DNA of 64,000 nucleotides from Fidelibacterota bacterium (GTDB lineage Bacteria; Fidelibacterota; Marinisomatia; SCGC-AAA003-L08; D37C17): positions 1,942-65,941 of the forward strand of contig NZUX01000033.1 in NCBI GenBank assembly GCA_002703645.1. Direction: 5' to 3'. Both the position numbers and the translations under genes were made by a program. Each line of letters opens with the position of its first letter. The first letter of the stretch is position 1. A model generated the notes under the pieces. It searched no databases. It saw only the letters and a program-made list of their open reading frames with translations, and had not been told where the DNA came from. Of the stretch, positions 1 to 8,396 are shown piece by piece.

Positions 1-405
1 ATACTTTTTCTTCATATAATCTTGAACGGTATTCTAGTAGGAGTAATCCTCATGACACAATTCATATCATATCCTATTTTGTTAAAAATAGATGAAAATA
101 ACTTTCGTAGATATTATGATGATTATATTAATAGGATTGCTTTTATTGCTGCACCGTTAATGATAGCAGAGCTAATTACCGGCTTTATCTTACTATTCTT
201 TATGTTAAATACAATTATAAAAACATCTTTCTTTGTATTACTTCTTATATGGATGAGCACATTTGCTATTCAAGTCCCAATTCATGATAGGCTATCAGTT
301 AAGTATAATTCAAAATTGATAAAAAATTTAATTTTTACAAATTGGATCAGGACATTTGGCTGGATTTTTAAACTCTTAATCTTATGTCCTTTATTATTAA
401 AATGA
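1..405 (+). CDS. small polytopic membrane protein, probably 5' truncated by the window edge
   Basis: The track ORF 22..405 starts at a TTG, but the frame stays open back to base 1. The translation is a series of hydrophobic helices. I do not recognise a family with confidence. Confidence 0.4.
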   Translation: MLFLHIILNGILVGVILMTQFISYPILLKIDENNFRRYYDDYINRIAFIAAPLMIAELITGFILLFFMLNTIIKTSFFVLLLIWMSTFAIQVPIHDRLSVKYNSKLIKNLIFTNWIRTFGWIFKLLILCPLLLK

Positions 406-746
406 ATAAAAAGAGATTTGATATAGTTGACCATATTGCCATTCAAGTTTCGGATATAGGAACATCACTTAAATGGTATAAAAGAAGATATAAATGCGCT
501 GTTATTTATGCAGACTCAACATGGGGACTTATACAATTCAATAATATTAAATTAGCTCTTGTTAGCAACGATGAACATCCTCCTCATATTGCATTTTTAG
601 ATAATAAAATTCATCTATCTAAAGATACTACAAAACATCGAGATGGGAGCATTTCAAAATATTATAAAGATCTTAACAATAACTATATTGAACATGTCTC
701 ATATGATAGTAAAGATGATGACAAAGATGATAACAATAGGATGTGA
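384..746 (+). CDS. VOC (glyoxalase/bleomycin-resistance/dioxygenase) family protein
   Basis: The N-terminus VDHIAIQVSDIGTSLKWY and the later HPPHIAF match the VOC beta-alpha-beta-beta-beta metal-binding pattern. The real start is likely the ATG at 402, which forms an ATGA overlap with the upstream stop. Confidence 0.6.
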   Translation: MSFIIKMNKKRFDIVDHIAIQVSDIGTSLKWYKRRYKCAVIYADSTWGLIQFNNIKLALVSNDEHPPHIAFLDNKIHLSKDTTKHRDGSISKYYKDLNNNYIEHVSYDSKDDDKDDNNRM

Positions 747-749
747 AAT

Positions 750-1205
750 CTATTTTTCCCGAGATTTATTAATATAGAAGTAAATAGGATATAAAGCTTT
801 CCTCAAAAATATTGGAATTACTAATATAGGATATAAAATATACCCAATAAAAATTGAATCATGCAAAAAATCAAGCCTATCTTTAATAATTATATTTTCA
901 CCCATTTTTTCTACAATATGCTCGTGCTTCCAATGGTTTAGTCCTAAAGGAAGTCCTATTCCTCTATCTACGAAATAAAGCTTCTTATTTGTTTTTTCAT
1001 ATTTTTGGTGCTCTACTTTAATAGAATTCCACTTAATGAACCAAAATTTAAGTTCTGCAATCAAGCCATTTTTTATACCTACCCAATGCACTATTTTAAC
1101 TGGCTGAAAAGAAATTAGAAATTTTACAAAATTAATATCATGGAAAGCATCGATCACTTTATCTATACTTATTCTTTTAATGATAACTTTTTGTCTATAT
1201 ATCAT
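750..1205 (-). CDS. SRPBCC-like ligand-binding domain protein with a C-terminal hydrophobic tail
   Basis: Size and the pattern W..IKVEH...F.D....LPLGL.HWKHEH.V resemble SRPBCC/cyclase-dehydrase-like proteins. This is a weak recognition by eye. Confidence 0.35.
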   Translation of the reverse strand: MIYRQKVIIKRISIDKVIDAFHDINFVKFLISFQPVKIVHWVGIKNGLIAELKFWFIKWNSIKVEHQKYEKTNKKLYFVDRGIGLPLGLNHWKHEHIVEKMGENIIIKDRLDFLHDSIFIGYILYPILVIPIFLRKALYPIYFYINKSREK

Positions 1206-1263
1206 AATTAAAGATAAAAAAATTAGTTTTAATAGCTAACAGCATTAGATGTACATATAATGC

Positions 1264-1992
1264 TTATTTAAGGTTTGATAGTCCACCATCAACAAATAAT
1301 GTTTGACCTGTAATCCAATCAGACCTTTCATCTATTAAAGAGTTTACAATAGGAATAAAATTATCCCCATTACCTATTCTGTTTAAAACATGTAATTTTT
1401 TTGAAAATTCTAGTGATGGCTTATTTGAAGTAATTCGTTTTGTCATATTAGTATCTACCAATCCAGGAGCAATAGCATTAATCCGAATATTATAATTTGC
1501 ATAAGTAGAGGCTGCAGATAACACTAAAGATGAAACTGCTCCTTTAGCACTGGCAATAGCCTCATGATTTTTTAATCCAATCTTAGAGGCCGCACTGGAA
1601 AAAAATATAAAACTACCTCCACTATCTTTGAGAAATTTAAATCCTCCTTTTAATAGTTGAAAGCAACTAAAAACATTTGTTCTAAATATTGATTCAATTT
1701 CTTCCTCTGAAGTTAAATGAGCTGGTTTTAGTAATAAAGAACCTGAACAATTGATAATACAATTAATACTTCCTAAACTATTATAACCTTCATCTAAAAA
1801 TGTATTAATAGATTCAAATTTACACACATCTACAATATGTGAATCTAACTTATTAACTGTTGAAATACTATTTTTCAGTGTTGATAAATTCTCATTGTTT
1901 CTAGATCCTATAAATAAATTATGATTTTTTGATAGGCTCTTTGTTAAAGCGCTTCCAATTCCTCCAGTAGCGCCTATTAATAATATATTCAT
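1264..1992 (-). CDS. short-chain dehydrogenase/reductase (SDR) family oxidoreductase
   Basis: N-terminal Rossmann motif IGATGGIGSA, the NAIAPGLVDT segment and a 242-aa length are typical. The YxxxK position reads IASAK (see findings). Confidence 0.85.
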   Translation of the reverse strand: MNILLIGATGGIGSALTKSLSKNHNLFIGSRNNENLSTLKNSISTVNKLDSHIVDVCKFESINTFLDEGYNSLGSINCIINCSGSLLLKPAHLTSEEEIESIFRTNVFSCFQLLKGGFKFLKDSGGSFIFFSSAASKIGLKNHEAIASAKGAVSSLVLSAASTYANYNIRINAIAPGLVDTNMTKRITSNKPSLEFSKKLHVLNRIGNGDNFIPIVNSLIDERSDWITGQTLFVDGGLSNLK

Positions 1993-2138
1993 ATCTAATT
2001 TCCTTTATAATCTGATTTAATTATTTATTTCAAATATTTTAGTGCTTGAACTAAAAAAGAATAAATAAAAGCTGAATATGAAACTTAAAAATAAGATTGA
2101 GATTAGCACAGGTAGTAAATAGTACATAGTACCTCCTT

Positions 2139-2810
2139 TTAATTATTATTAAAACTAAATGACTTAAATAGAATAAATGTTGAAAAATAAAAAAGTATAC
2201 CTAAAATAAACATAATGATAAAATAGTATGGCCAATCAGGCATAATACCTGATAGATTTACACCACCCGGTTTATTGAAAGTAAACCAATAATTAGATCC
2301 AAGAATAATATTTATAGGAACGATAGAAGAAAGCAAAATCACATTATACTTTATACTAGAGATTAGATGTAAAGTATTTAATTTAAATTTCAATTTATAC
2401 ATATACACACAGAATAGAGCTAAGTTAAAATGTGAAAAGTAAAAATGGATATGTTCAATAAATAAAGAATTAGCAGTGAGATTGGAATTAAGCAGCGCCA
2501 CAACTGACCCTAGAGATGAATTAAATAACATCCATGATTTAAATATATCACTACTAGAATAAAGAGAGATTAAAATTCCTAATTCTGTAATATAACAAAG
2601 ATGGAGAGGAAGATGAATTTTATAATCAAAATCACCATAGAATACCATAATACAAAAAAATGATATTGTATTAATTAGAATAAATGAAAATAAAATAGAT
2701 TTAATTTTTTGTACATTAAAAATAAAACCAATAAATGTTAAAAAAGATAATAGTAATAAACTAATTTTTAAATGATTCACATCAAATATTTGAACCGAAT
2801 TAATCAACAC
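2139..2810 (-). CDS. polytopic integral membrane protein of unknown function
   Basis: About 7 hydrophobic segments. GTG start is preceded by GAGGGG 4 nt upstream. It may be a YwaF-like family member, but that is not verified. Confidence 0.5.
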   Translation of the reverse strand: MLINSVQIFDVNHLKISLLLLSFLTFIGFIFNVQKIKSILFSFILINTISFFCIMVFYGDFDYKIHLPLHLCYITELGILISLYSSSDIFKSWMLFNSSLGSVVALLNSNLTANSLFIEHIHFYFSHFNLALFCVYMYKLKFKLNTLHLISSIKYNVILLSSIVPINIILGSNYWFTFNKPGGVNLSGIMPDWPYYFIIMFILGILFYFSTFILFKSFSFNNN

Positions 2811-2830
2811 AATCCCCTCAAATTTTGAAT

Positions 2831-2930
2831 GCAGTCATCTCAGATAGTTCGTGCGGATGTAAGGAAGTGTGGATGAGATATTTTTCCAATAAAGGAGGTA
2901 AACTACCTGAGATAGTCTGCAATTTTTTTA
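2831..2930. other. candidate structured RNA element or leader (strand ambiguous)
   Basis: GCAG..ATCTCAG (2831-2843) is complementary to CTGAGAT..CTGC (2907-2920) and encloses about 60 nt. A second TGAGAT at 2874-2879 could compete for the same partner. A T7 run follows on the plus strand. On the minus strand the element lies in the 5' leader of the 2139..2810 gene. Confidence 0.25.
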
Positions 2931-2967
2931 TAAAAAATATTATCTGTAAAATTTTAATCATTATTTA

Positions 2968-3036
2968 TACACGTTTTGCACGTTTTAATTTAAATCAATA
3001 ATATTAGAAAAGCAAGAAAAACGTGAATAACGTGTA
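2968..3036. promoter_or_regulatory. 19-nt inverted repeat built from tandem CACGTTTT units (candidate operator or hairpin)
   Basis: TACACGTTTTGCACGTTTT (2968-2986) matches the reverse complement of AAAACGTGAATAACGTGTA (3018-3036) at 17 of 19 positions. The arms are separated by 31 nt. It lies upstream of the minus-strand membrane-protein gene. Confidence 0.4.
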
Positions 3037-3110
3037 AAAAAGAGGTGTTGCAGGGGCTTGCTAGACCACAAAGTTTAGAGGAAAAATGCTTTAGTTAAGA
3101 CGAAATAAAT

Positions 3111-3141
3111 GGAAAGAAAAACCCCACTAAAAGTGGGGTTT
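3111..3141 (-). terminator. rho-independent terminator downstream of tRNA-Sec
   Basis: On the minus strand, AAACCCCAC-UUUUA-GUGGGGUUU is followed by UUUUUCUUU, starting 10 nt after the tRNA 3' end. Confidence 0.75.
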
Positions 3142-3151
3142 CCTATCTAAT

Positions 3152-3246
3152 TGGCGGAAACGTGTGGGAGTCGAACCCACCAGACCCATTTCTGTGTCTC
3201 AGCGGCTTTGAAGGCCGAGGCATCCACCGGGATAACATCCGCTTCC
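3152..3246 (-). tRNA. selC: tRNA-Sec (anticodon UCA)
   Basis: The reverse complement reads GGAAGCGGATGTTATCCCGGTGGATGCCTCGGCCTTCAAAGCCGCTGAGACACAGAAATGGGTCTGGTGGGTTCGACTCCCACACGTTTCCGCCA (95 nt). Anticodon loop is CTTCAAA. T-arm is GTGGG-TTCGACT-CCCAC. D-loop is CGGT. It has a long variable arm, a discriminator G and an encoded CCA. The 5' GGAAG, D-loop, anticodon loop and T-loop match what I remember of E. coli selC. Confidence 0.85.
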
Positions 3247-3286
3247 TTAAATCTTAACTAATTTTAAAAAGAATATATGTACAGCG

Positions 3287-4165
3287 CTAATATTTATTTA
3301 TATCTACAACGATAGAATTATATCCAGAACGAGATTTTATTTTCTTCTGAGTATTTTTTGCATATTCTTTAGATCTAAAATAACCCTCCCTAACTGCATA
3401 TAAATCTTTATTCTTTGTAGATAGATGAATAATATCAATTCTTGTATTAAATCCAAGTTCTACAAGCTCATCTCTAACCTTCCCTGCATTTTCATAACTT
3501 CCATATGCACCTATCTGAATTGAGAAATGGTCTTTTTTACTATGCTTTGGAGCTATAATTTTATTCTTTATTTCTTCTACAACTTTTAAAATTTTATTTT
3601 CACCTTTAGATTCCTTATCTGAATAGCTAACATCATTACTAGTTGATTTTTCTGAATCAACCTCTAGATACTCTTTTAAATTAATATTAGGATATTTTTT
3701 TTTAAATGTTTCGGCAAACATTCTAGCAGTATCTTTCTTGCCTGTCAAAATAAGAGTTCTTAAATATATATCTAAACTTCTATTGATATGTTCTGATTTA
3801 GAATAATATAAATTAATTTTTTTTATCCACTCACTAGACTTAGCATAAGAACCATTTGTATAGTAAAATTCAGAAATTTTCATAATAGCATCATCTGCAT
3901 ATTTTGAATCTTCATATAGGTTATAAATTTTTTTATATTTCTTGATAGCTCTTTCATGATTTTCATCTAACATTGCATCAAGAAACATGAAGGATGGATT
4001 ATCAGGATATTTTTTTCTAAGCTCTGGCAAAGACTCAAAAGCTTTTAAAGTATTTCCAGACTGCACTTCTTTAATTAAGGTATCTAAATCTATTTGAGGA
4101 AAGACAAGAGAACATGAAATCAATATAAATAAATATATCTTAATTCTTAAAATATTCATTCTCAC
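3287..4165 (-). CDS. SPOR-domain protein with an N-terminal signal/anchor and a TPR-like region
   Basis: The C-terminal FSIQIGAYGSYENAGKVRDEL...LYAVREGYFRSKEYAKNTQKKI is a typical SPOR peptidoglycan-binding repeat. The N-terminus has a signal peptide. Confidence 0.75.
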   Translation of the reverse strand: MRMNILRIKIYLFILISCSLVFPQIDLDTLIKEVQSGNTLKAFESLPELRKKYPDNPSFMFLDAMLDENHERAIKKYKKIYNLYEDSKYADDAIMKISEFYYTNGSYAKSSEWIKKINLYYSKSEHINRSLDIYLRTLILTGKKDTARMFAETFKKKYPNINLKEYLEVDSEKSTSNDVSYSDKESKGENKILKVVEEIKNKIIAPKHSKKDHFSIQIGAYGSYENAGKVRDELVELGFNTRIDIIHLSTKNKDLYAVREGYFRSKEYAKNTQKKIKSRSGYNSIVVDINKY

Positions 4166-5327
4166 TTAACCACTCAGAATCTTCGTCTTGCAATGCAGAT
4201 GGATGAATATGATTCACCTTACTCATTTCATTGGTTAAATTATTAAACTCATCCTTCATTTCATCCGTAACATTTTCAGAAATATTAAATCGAAGTCGTA
4301 ATCTTACCATTCTAGGAAGGATAGACTCTTTTTCTTTTCCTTTTAATGAGTCTAATAAATTAATTGATTTCTCATTTTCTCCTTGAAGAGAATAGTAATC
4401 AGCAAGCGTAATAAGAGCAGAAATATTATTTGAATCCCTCTCAACAAGGTCCTTAAGTATATGCTCAAGCTCCGAATAGCGATCTAATGCAAAAAGGCTA
4501 TCTTTAATTAGATGCATAACATTATTAGAATACATTGGCTTATGCTGTGCATACTTAATCCACATAAGTAAAGCTTTTGATAATAACTCTTTAGCTTCTT
4601 CAGTAGGGTGCTCATTTCCCTCTTCTTTAGATTTCTGGTATTCCACTTCACTTTCTTCGCTATATGTATCACCTATTAGCTTATAAGCAATAGCTAGTTC
4701 ATTATGCATATTAAGACCTTCTTCAAATAATGAGCGTGCCATAATAAAATCTTGTTTATTCAATTCAATTTGTCCTTGTTTAATAAGATAAAGTCCAAGA
4801 ATCCTACTATCCAAATTTCCTGTTATTTTCTGATATATCTCTAAATATTTTTGAGATGAGTTCCAATCATCTATTGATTTATACAAATCAACAAGCTGAA
4901 GTAAAGCCCATTCATTTTTCTTCTCAATTTTCAATATATCTAGACACTGCGTAATTGAATCATTAATTTTTTTAAGGTACTTGTAATCAAGCGCAATATT
5001 CCTTAATAATTCAATATTTTCATAGGTTGTTAAATCTTTTCTAATTAGAAGGCTCCTGTGAATTTTAAGCGCCCTCTCTGGATTTCCTATTTCTCTAAGA
5101 ACTTGACCAAGCTTAAGGTAAGCTTTTACATTGCTTGTATCATTTTTAATAAGCGCGAGCAGAGTAGCATATGCTTCTTTTAATTTTCCTGCAATTAGTA
5201 AATCTAGAGCTTCATAATAAAGATCTTTCTCTGTTTTCTTATACTTAGAGGTATAATCAAAATTTATATATGCTATAAAAGAAAGTATAACTAATATAAT
5301 AATTATACTAATTACAGTAATACTCAT
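4140..5327 (-). CDS. membrane-anchored TPR-repeat protein (LapB/YciM-like architecture without the C-terminal zinc finger)
   Basis: An N-terminal TM helix is followed by repeated TPR-like helices (AYLKLGQVLREIGNPERAL and others). There is no C-terminal CxxC pair. Confidence 0.55.
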   Translation of the reverse strand: MSITVISIIIILVILSFIAYINFDYTSKYKKTEKDLYYEALDLLIAGKLKEAYATLLALIKNDTSNVKAYLKLGQVLREIGNPERALKIHRSLLIRKDLTTYENIELLRNIALDYKYLKKINDSITQCLDILKIEKKNEWALLQLVDLYKSIDDWNSSQKYLEIYQKITGNLDSRILGLYLIKQGQIELNKQDFIMARSLFEEGLNMHNELAIAYKLIGDTYSEESEVEYQKSKEEGNEHPTEEAKELLSKALLMWIKYAQHKPMYSNNVMHLIKDSLFALDRYSELEHILKDLVERDSNNISALITLADYYSLQGENEKSINLLDSLKGKEKESILPRMVRLRLRFNISENVTDEMKDEFNNLTNEMSKVNHIHPSALQDEDSEWLSENEYFKN

Positions 5328-5692
5328 AGGCTGAATTTATTATCCTCTAAATCATCAGGAATATCTAACTCATCTTCTAAACCTTGATTCCTAAGAGCAT
5401 CTAATTCTATTTGAATTTTTTTATTTTTAGATTTCAAGGTTATCGTTTCGCTTTTCAGAGATATCATCTGAATCAGCGATATAACAAACCCCAGAACAAC
5501 TCCCAATGTGAATGTGATTAGCAAAACCATCCATACATTCAAACCTCCAGGAAAGGCTTCTTCATTAGTCATAAAAGGAATTTTGATTTTAATAGGATCA
5601 CCTTCTAACATATTTAGTTCATTTAACTCAATCAAAAAATAAATACTTGAAGATAAAATCATTAAAAATAAAAAATACTTAAGCAACTTCAT
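5324..5692 (-). CDS. LapA/YciS-like small membrane protein
   Basis: Two TM helices plus a C-terminal coiled-coil or acidic tail. It sits immediately upstream of the TPR protein and overlaps it by 4 nt. Confidence 0.45.
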   Translation of the reverse strand: MKLLKYFLFLMILSSSIYFLIELNELNMLEGDPIKIKIPFMTNEEAFPGGLNVWMVLLITFTLGVVLGFVISLIQMISLKSETITLKSKNKKIQIELDALRNQGLEDELDIPDDLEDNKFSL

Positions 5693-7022
5693 ATTTATAC
5701 TCCCGATTTACGTTTATTCCAAACAATGTAACTCCGCGAGCATCTTCAATTTTGACATCTATTAAATCTCCTACAGACTCACTTCCCTTATCAAATACTA
5801 CCCACATATTCCCTTCAGTTCTTCCAGCCCACTGCTCTTTTGATTTTTTACTTTCTTTTTCAACCAGAACTTTGATTGTCTTACCAACTAAAGCTTTGTT
5901 TTGTTTGAGGGTATTATCTAGCTGAACGTCAATTAATCTTTCTAATCTCTTCTGCTTAATTTCTTCAGGTATCTGATCAGTATATCCAGAAGCTTTTGTT
6001 CCTGGTCTTGATGAATACTTAAACATAAAAGCAAAATTAAATCCAACTTTCTTTGCAACATTTAGAGTATCTTCAAATTCTTCTTCTGTTTCACCTGGAA
6101 ATCCTACTATAACATCAGTTGTTATTGAACACCCTGGCATATATTGTTTAATTTTATCTGCTAAAATTAAAAATTCATTAGATGTATAAGATCTATTCAT
6201 TCTTTTTAAAATTCTATCATTACCAGACTGAAGTGGCAGGTGCACGTGATTACATATATTATCATAAGAGGACATCACCTCAAGCATATGATCATCAACA
6301 TCTTGAGGGTGAGGCGATGAGAACCTTAGCCTCTTTACTCCTTCTATTGATGCTACTCTATCTAATAATTCAGGAAATTTTCCATCAGGCGTATTGTAAG
6401 AATTGACATTTTGGCCTAGTAATGTAAATTCAACAAAACCTTCTTCAACGCCATGCTTAATTTCATTAACTATACTATCAATTGGACGACTTCTTTCTCT
6501 ACCTCTAGTAAAAGGTACTATACAGAAAGTACAAAACTTATCACAACCTCTCATAATAGACACCCATGAATTGACTCCTTCATTTCTAGATGGAAATAGT
6601 TCATCGTATATCTCATATTTTGATAATTTAGTATCTACTAAATGATTCATTTTATTTGTTCTATCTTTTAAAAGTTTTGGTATACTTCTGTAGGAATCTG
6701 GACCTAGTATAATATCAACATATGGCTTACTATCAAGAATATCATCTTTTAAATTCTGCGCCATACATCCTAAAACACCAATTAATAATGATGGATTTTT
6801 CTTTTTTAAATATTGAAAATTTTCTAGTCTATTATGGACTGTTTCTTCAGCTTTTTCTCTTATAGAGCATGTATTCAAAAAGATGGCGTCAGCCTTTCTG
6901 TAATCATCACCCTTCTTATAGCCACATTCTTCCATCATCTTTGAAACCAATTCGGAATCATAGACATTCATTTGGCAGCCATAGGTCTCTATATAATATA
7001 TTTTTTCATTAGTGTGTGTCAT
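5679..7022 (-). CDS. miaB: tRNA-2-methylthio-N6-dimethylallyladenosine synthase MiaB
   Basis: UPF0004 N-terminus YIETYGCQMNVYDSE, radical-SAM motif CDKFCTFCIVP, and a C-terminal TRAM domain. Confidence 0.95.
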   Translation of the reverse strand: MTHTNEKIYYIETYGCQMNVYDSELVSKMMEECGYKKGDDYRKADAIFLNTCSIREKAEETVHNRLENFQYLKKKNPSLLIGVLGCMAQNLKDDILDSKPYVDIILGPDSYRSIPKLLKDRTNKMNHLVDTKLSKYEIYDELFPSRNEGVNSWVSIMRGCDKFCTFCIVPFTRGRERSRPIDSIVNEIKHGVEEGFVEFTLLGQNVNSYNTPDGKFPELLDRVASIEGVKRLRFSSPHPQDVDDHMLEVMSSYDNICNHVHLPLQSGNDRILKRMNRSYTSNEFLILADKIKQYMPGCSITTDVIVGFPGETEEEFEDTLNVAKKVGFNFAFMFKYSSRPGTKASGYTDQIPEEIKQKRLERLIDVQLDNTLKQNKALVGKTIKVLVEKESKKSKEQWAGRTEGNMWVVFDKGSESVGDLIDVKIEDARGVTLFGINVNREYKYEVA

Positions 7023-7069
7023 TGAGTGTAATATAATATCAATTGATATCTTAGATAAAGATAATATTT

Positions 7070-8008
7070 TTACATGCCATCAAAATAAAAAGAGCGAGGA
7101 TCGACTCTCTTTTTATGATGCTTGACTTCATAGTGTAAATGAGGAGCTGTAGATCTACCAGTATTTCCGACCTCTCCAATCTTTTGTCCTCTTACCACAT
7201 AAGTACCTCTAGATACATTTCTTTTATTTAAATGTCCATAAACTGTTCTATAGCCATTACCATGGCTTATTTCTATATAATTACCGAATGTCCCATTGTA
7301 TTTTGATGATATCACTAAACCATCTGCTGTTGCCATAACTGGAGTTCCTGTTTTAGCTGAGAAATCATCCCCCTCATGTTTTTTATATCTTTTTGTAAAA
7401 GGATCTCTTCTATATCCAAACCTAGAAGTAAGCTTTGATTTAGATAAATCTACAGGATGAATTGCAGGGATGTGCCTTAATTTATTTTTATTTTTCATAG
7501 AATTGGATGACATTTCCATAAAACTTAAAATTTCTAAATTAGTAGATCTTTCTATAAAATCTAATTTTTGAAAGTACTCTTGAAGATCAACGGCTTCTTC
7601 ATCAGGCAACAAATACTCAAGAACTTCTACGGCCTGTGTTTCACTAATTCCTCCTTTTCCACCAACCCCTAATTGTCTAACATCTTCATGAATACGCGGC
7701 ATGCTCAGCATATCTCTCATCTCATTATCATAATTAATAATTGTATTAATTTTTTCTTCAATATTAGAAACTCTATTTTCTGCAATTAAAATCTTATCGA
7801 TTAGTAGCTGATTATTCTTTTTATGATTCTGGATTTCTCTATCTGATTTCCAAGACAGATAATCATCAGAAAAAAAGTATAAGGTAAAAAAATTGCAAGT
7901 AAGAAATATAAGAATAAAGGCAAAAACAACGGATTTAGAAAGAAGTATTTCTCTAATCAATCCTTTTGAATTATTAAAGAGTAATATTTTATATTTATTT
8001 TTTTTCAT
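7070..8008 (-). CDS. M23 (LytM-type) metallopeptidase with an N-terminal membrane anchor and coiled coil
   Basis: Motifs HEGDDF, GYRTVYGHL and NTGRSTAPHLHYEV. Confidence 0.9.
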   Translation of the reverse strand: MKKNKYKILLFNNSKGLIREILLSKSVVFAFILIFLTCNFFTLYFFSDDYLSWKSDREIQNHKKNNQLLIDKILIAENRVSNIEEKINTIINYDNEMRDMLSMPRIHEDVRQLGVGGKGGISETQAVEVLEYLLPDEEAVDLQEYFQKLDFIERSTNLEILSFMEMSSNSMKNKNKLRHIPAIHPVDLSKSKLTSRFGYRRDPFTKRYKKHEGDDFSAKTGTPVMATADGLVISSKYNGTFGNYIEISHGNGYRTVYGHLNKRNVSRGTYVVRGQKIGEVGNTGRSTAPHLHYEVKHHKKRVDPRSFYFDGM

Positions 8009-8061
8009 TTTCTATAAATAGACGGCATAAATTAATCTAAAATCATAAATAAATAAAACAA

Positions 8062-8394
8062 CTAATTATATTTTTTATCCTTCTTATATAAAGTAGAGAG
8101 CATCTTCTTATTTTGATTTAATAATTGCTCTTTTAATTTTATTCTATCCATATAATCAATAAATATTTTATCTTTTGAAAAATCATACTTATTGTTTCCT
8201 AAACTAGATAAATATTTCCCTAAATAATAATATTCACGTTTTAAATCAATCTTATACTTTGTCTTCTCTAAGAATATAGATATATAGCTGTTTGTATTTT
8301 TAATAATATTCAAAAATCTCTTAGAATGTTTACTGCTATTATCAAATATAACTCTTTTATAACTAAACATTCTTTCAACTATAGAATCAAACAT
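8062..8394 (-). CDS. hypothetical protein
   Basis: A 110-aa lysine-rich ORF in operon context with gatB. No motif recognised. Confidence 0.3.
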   Translation of the reverse strand: MFDSIVERMFSYKRVIFDNSSKHSKRFLNIIKNTNSYISIFLEKTKYKIDLKREYYYLGKYLSSLGNNKYDFSKDKIFIDYMDRIKLKEQLLNQNKKMLSTLYKKDKKYN

Positions 8395-8396
8395 GG

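Noticed and set aside
2831-2930. Identifying the structured element as SRP (4.5S) RNA or a known riboswitch
   Set aside because: The GGAAG-containing stretch only loosely resembles the SRP domain IV motif. The two halves are too asymmetric for the SRP hairpin. No riboswitch consensus that I know fits.
6182-6645. Two plus-strand ORFs inside miaB
   Set aside because: They are antisense to a highly conserved gene, with no motifs or RBS.
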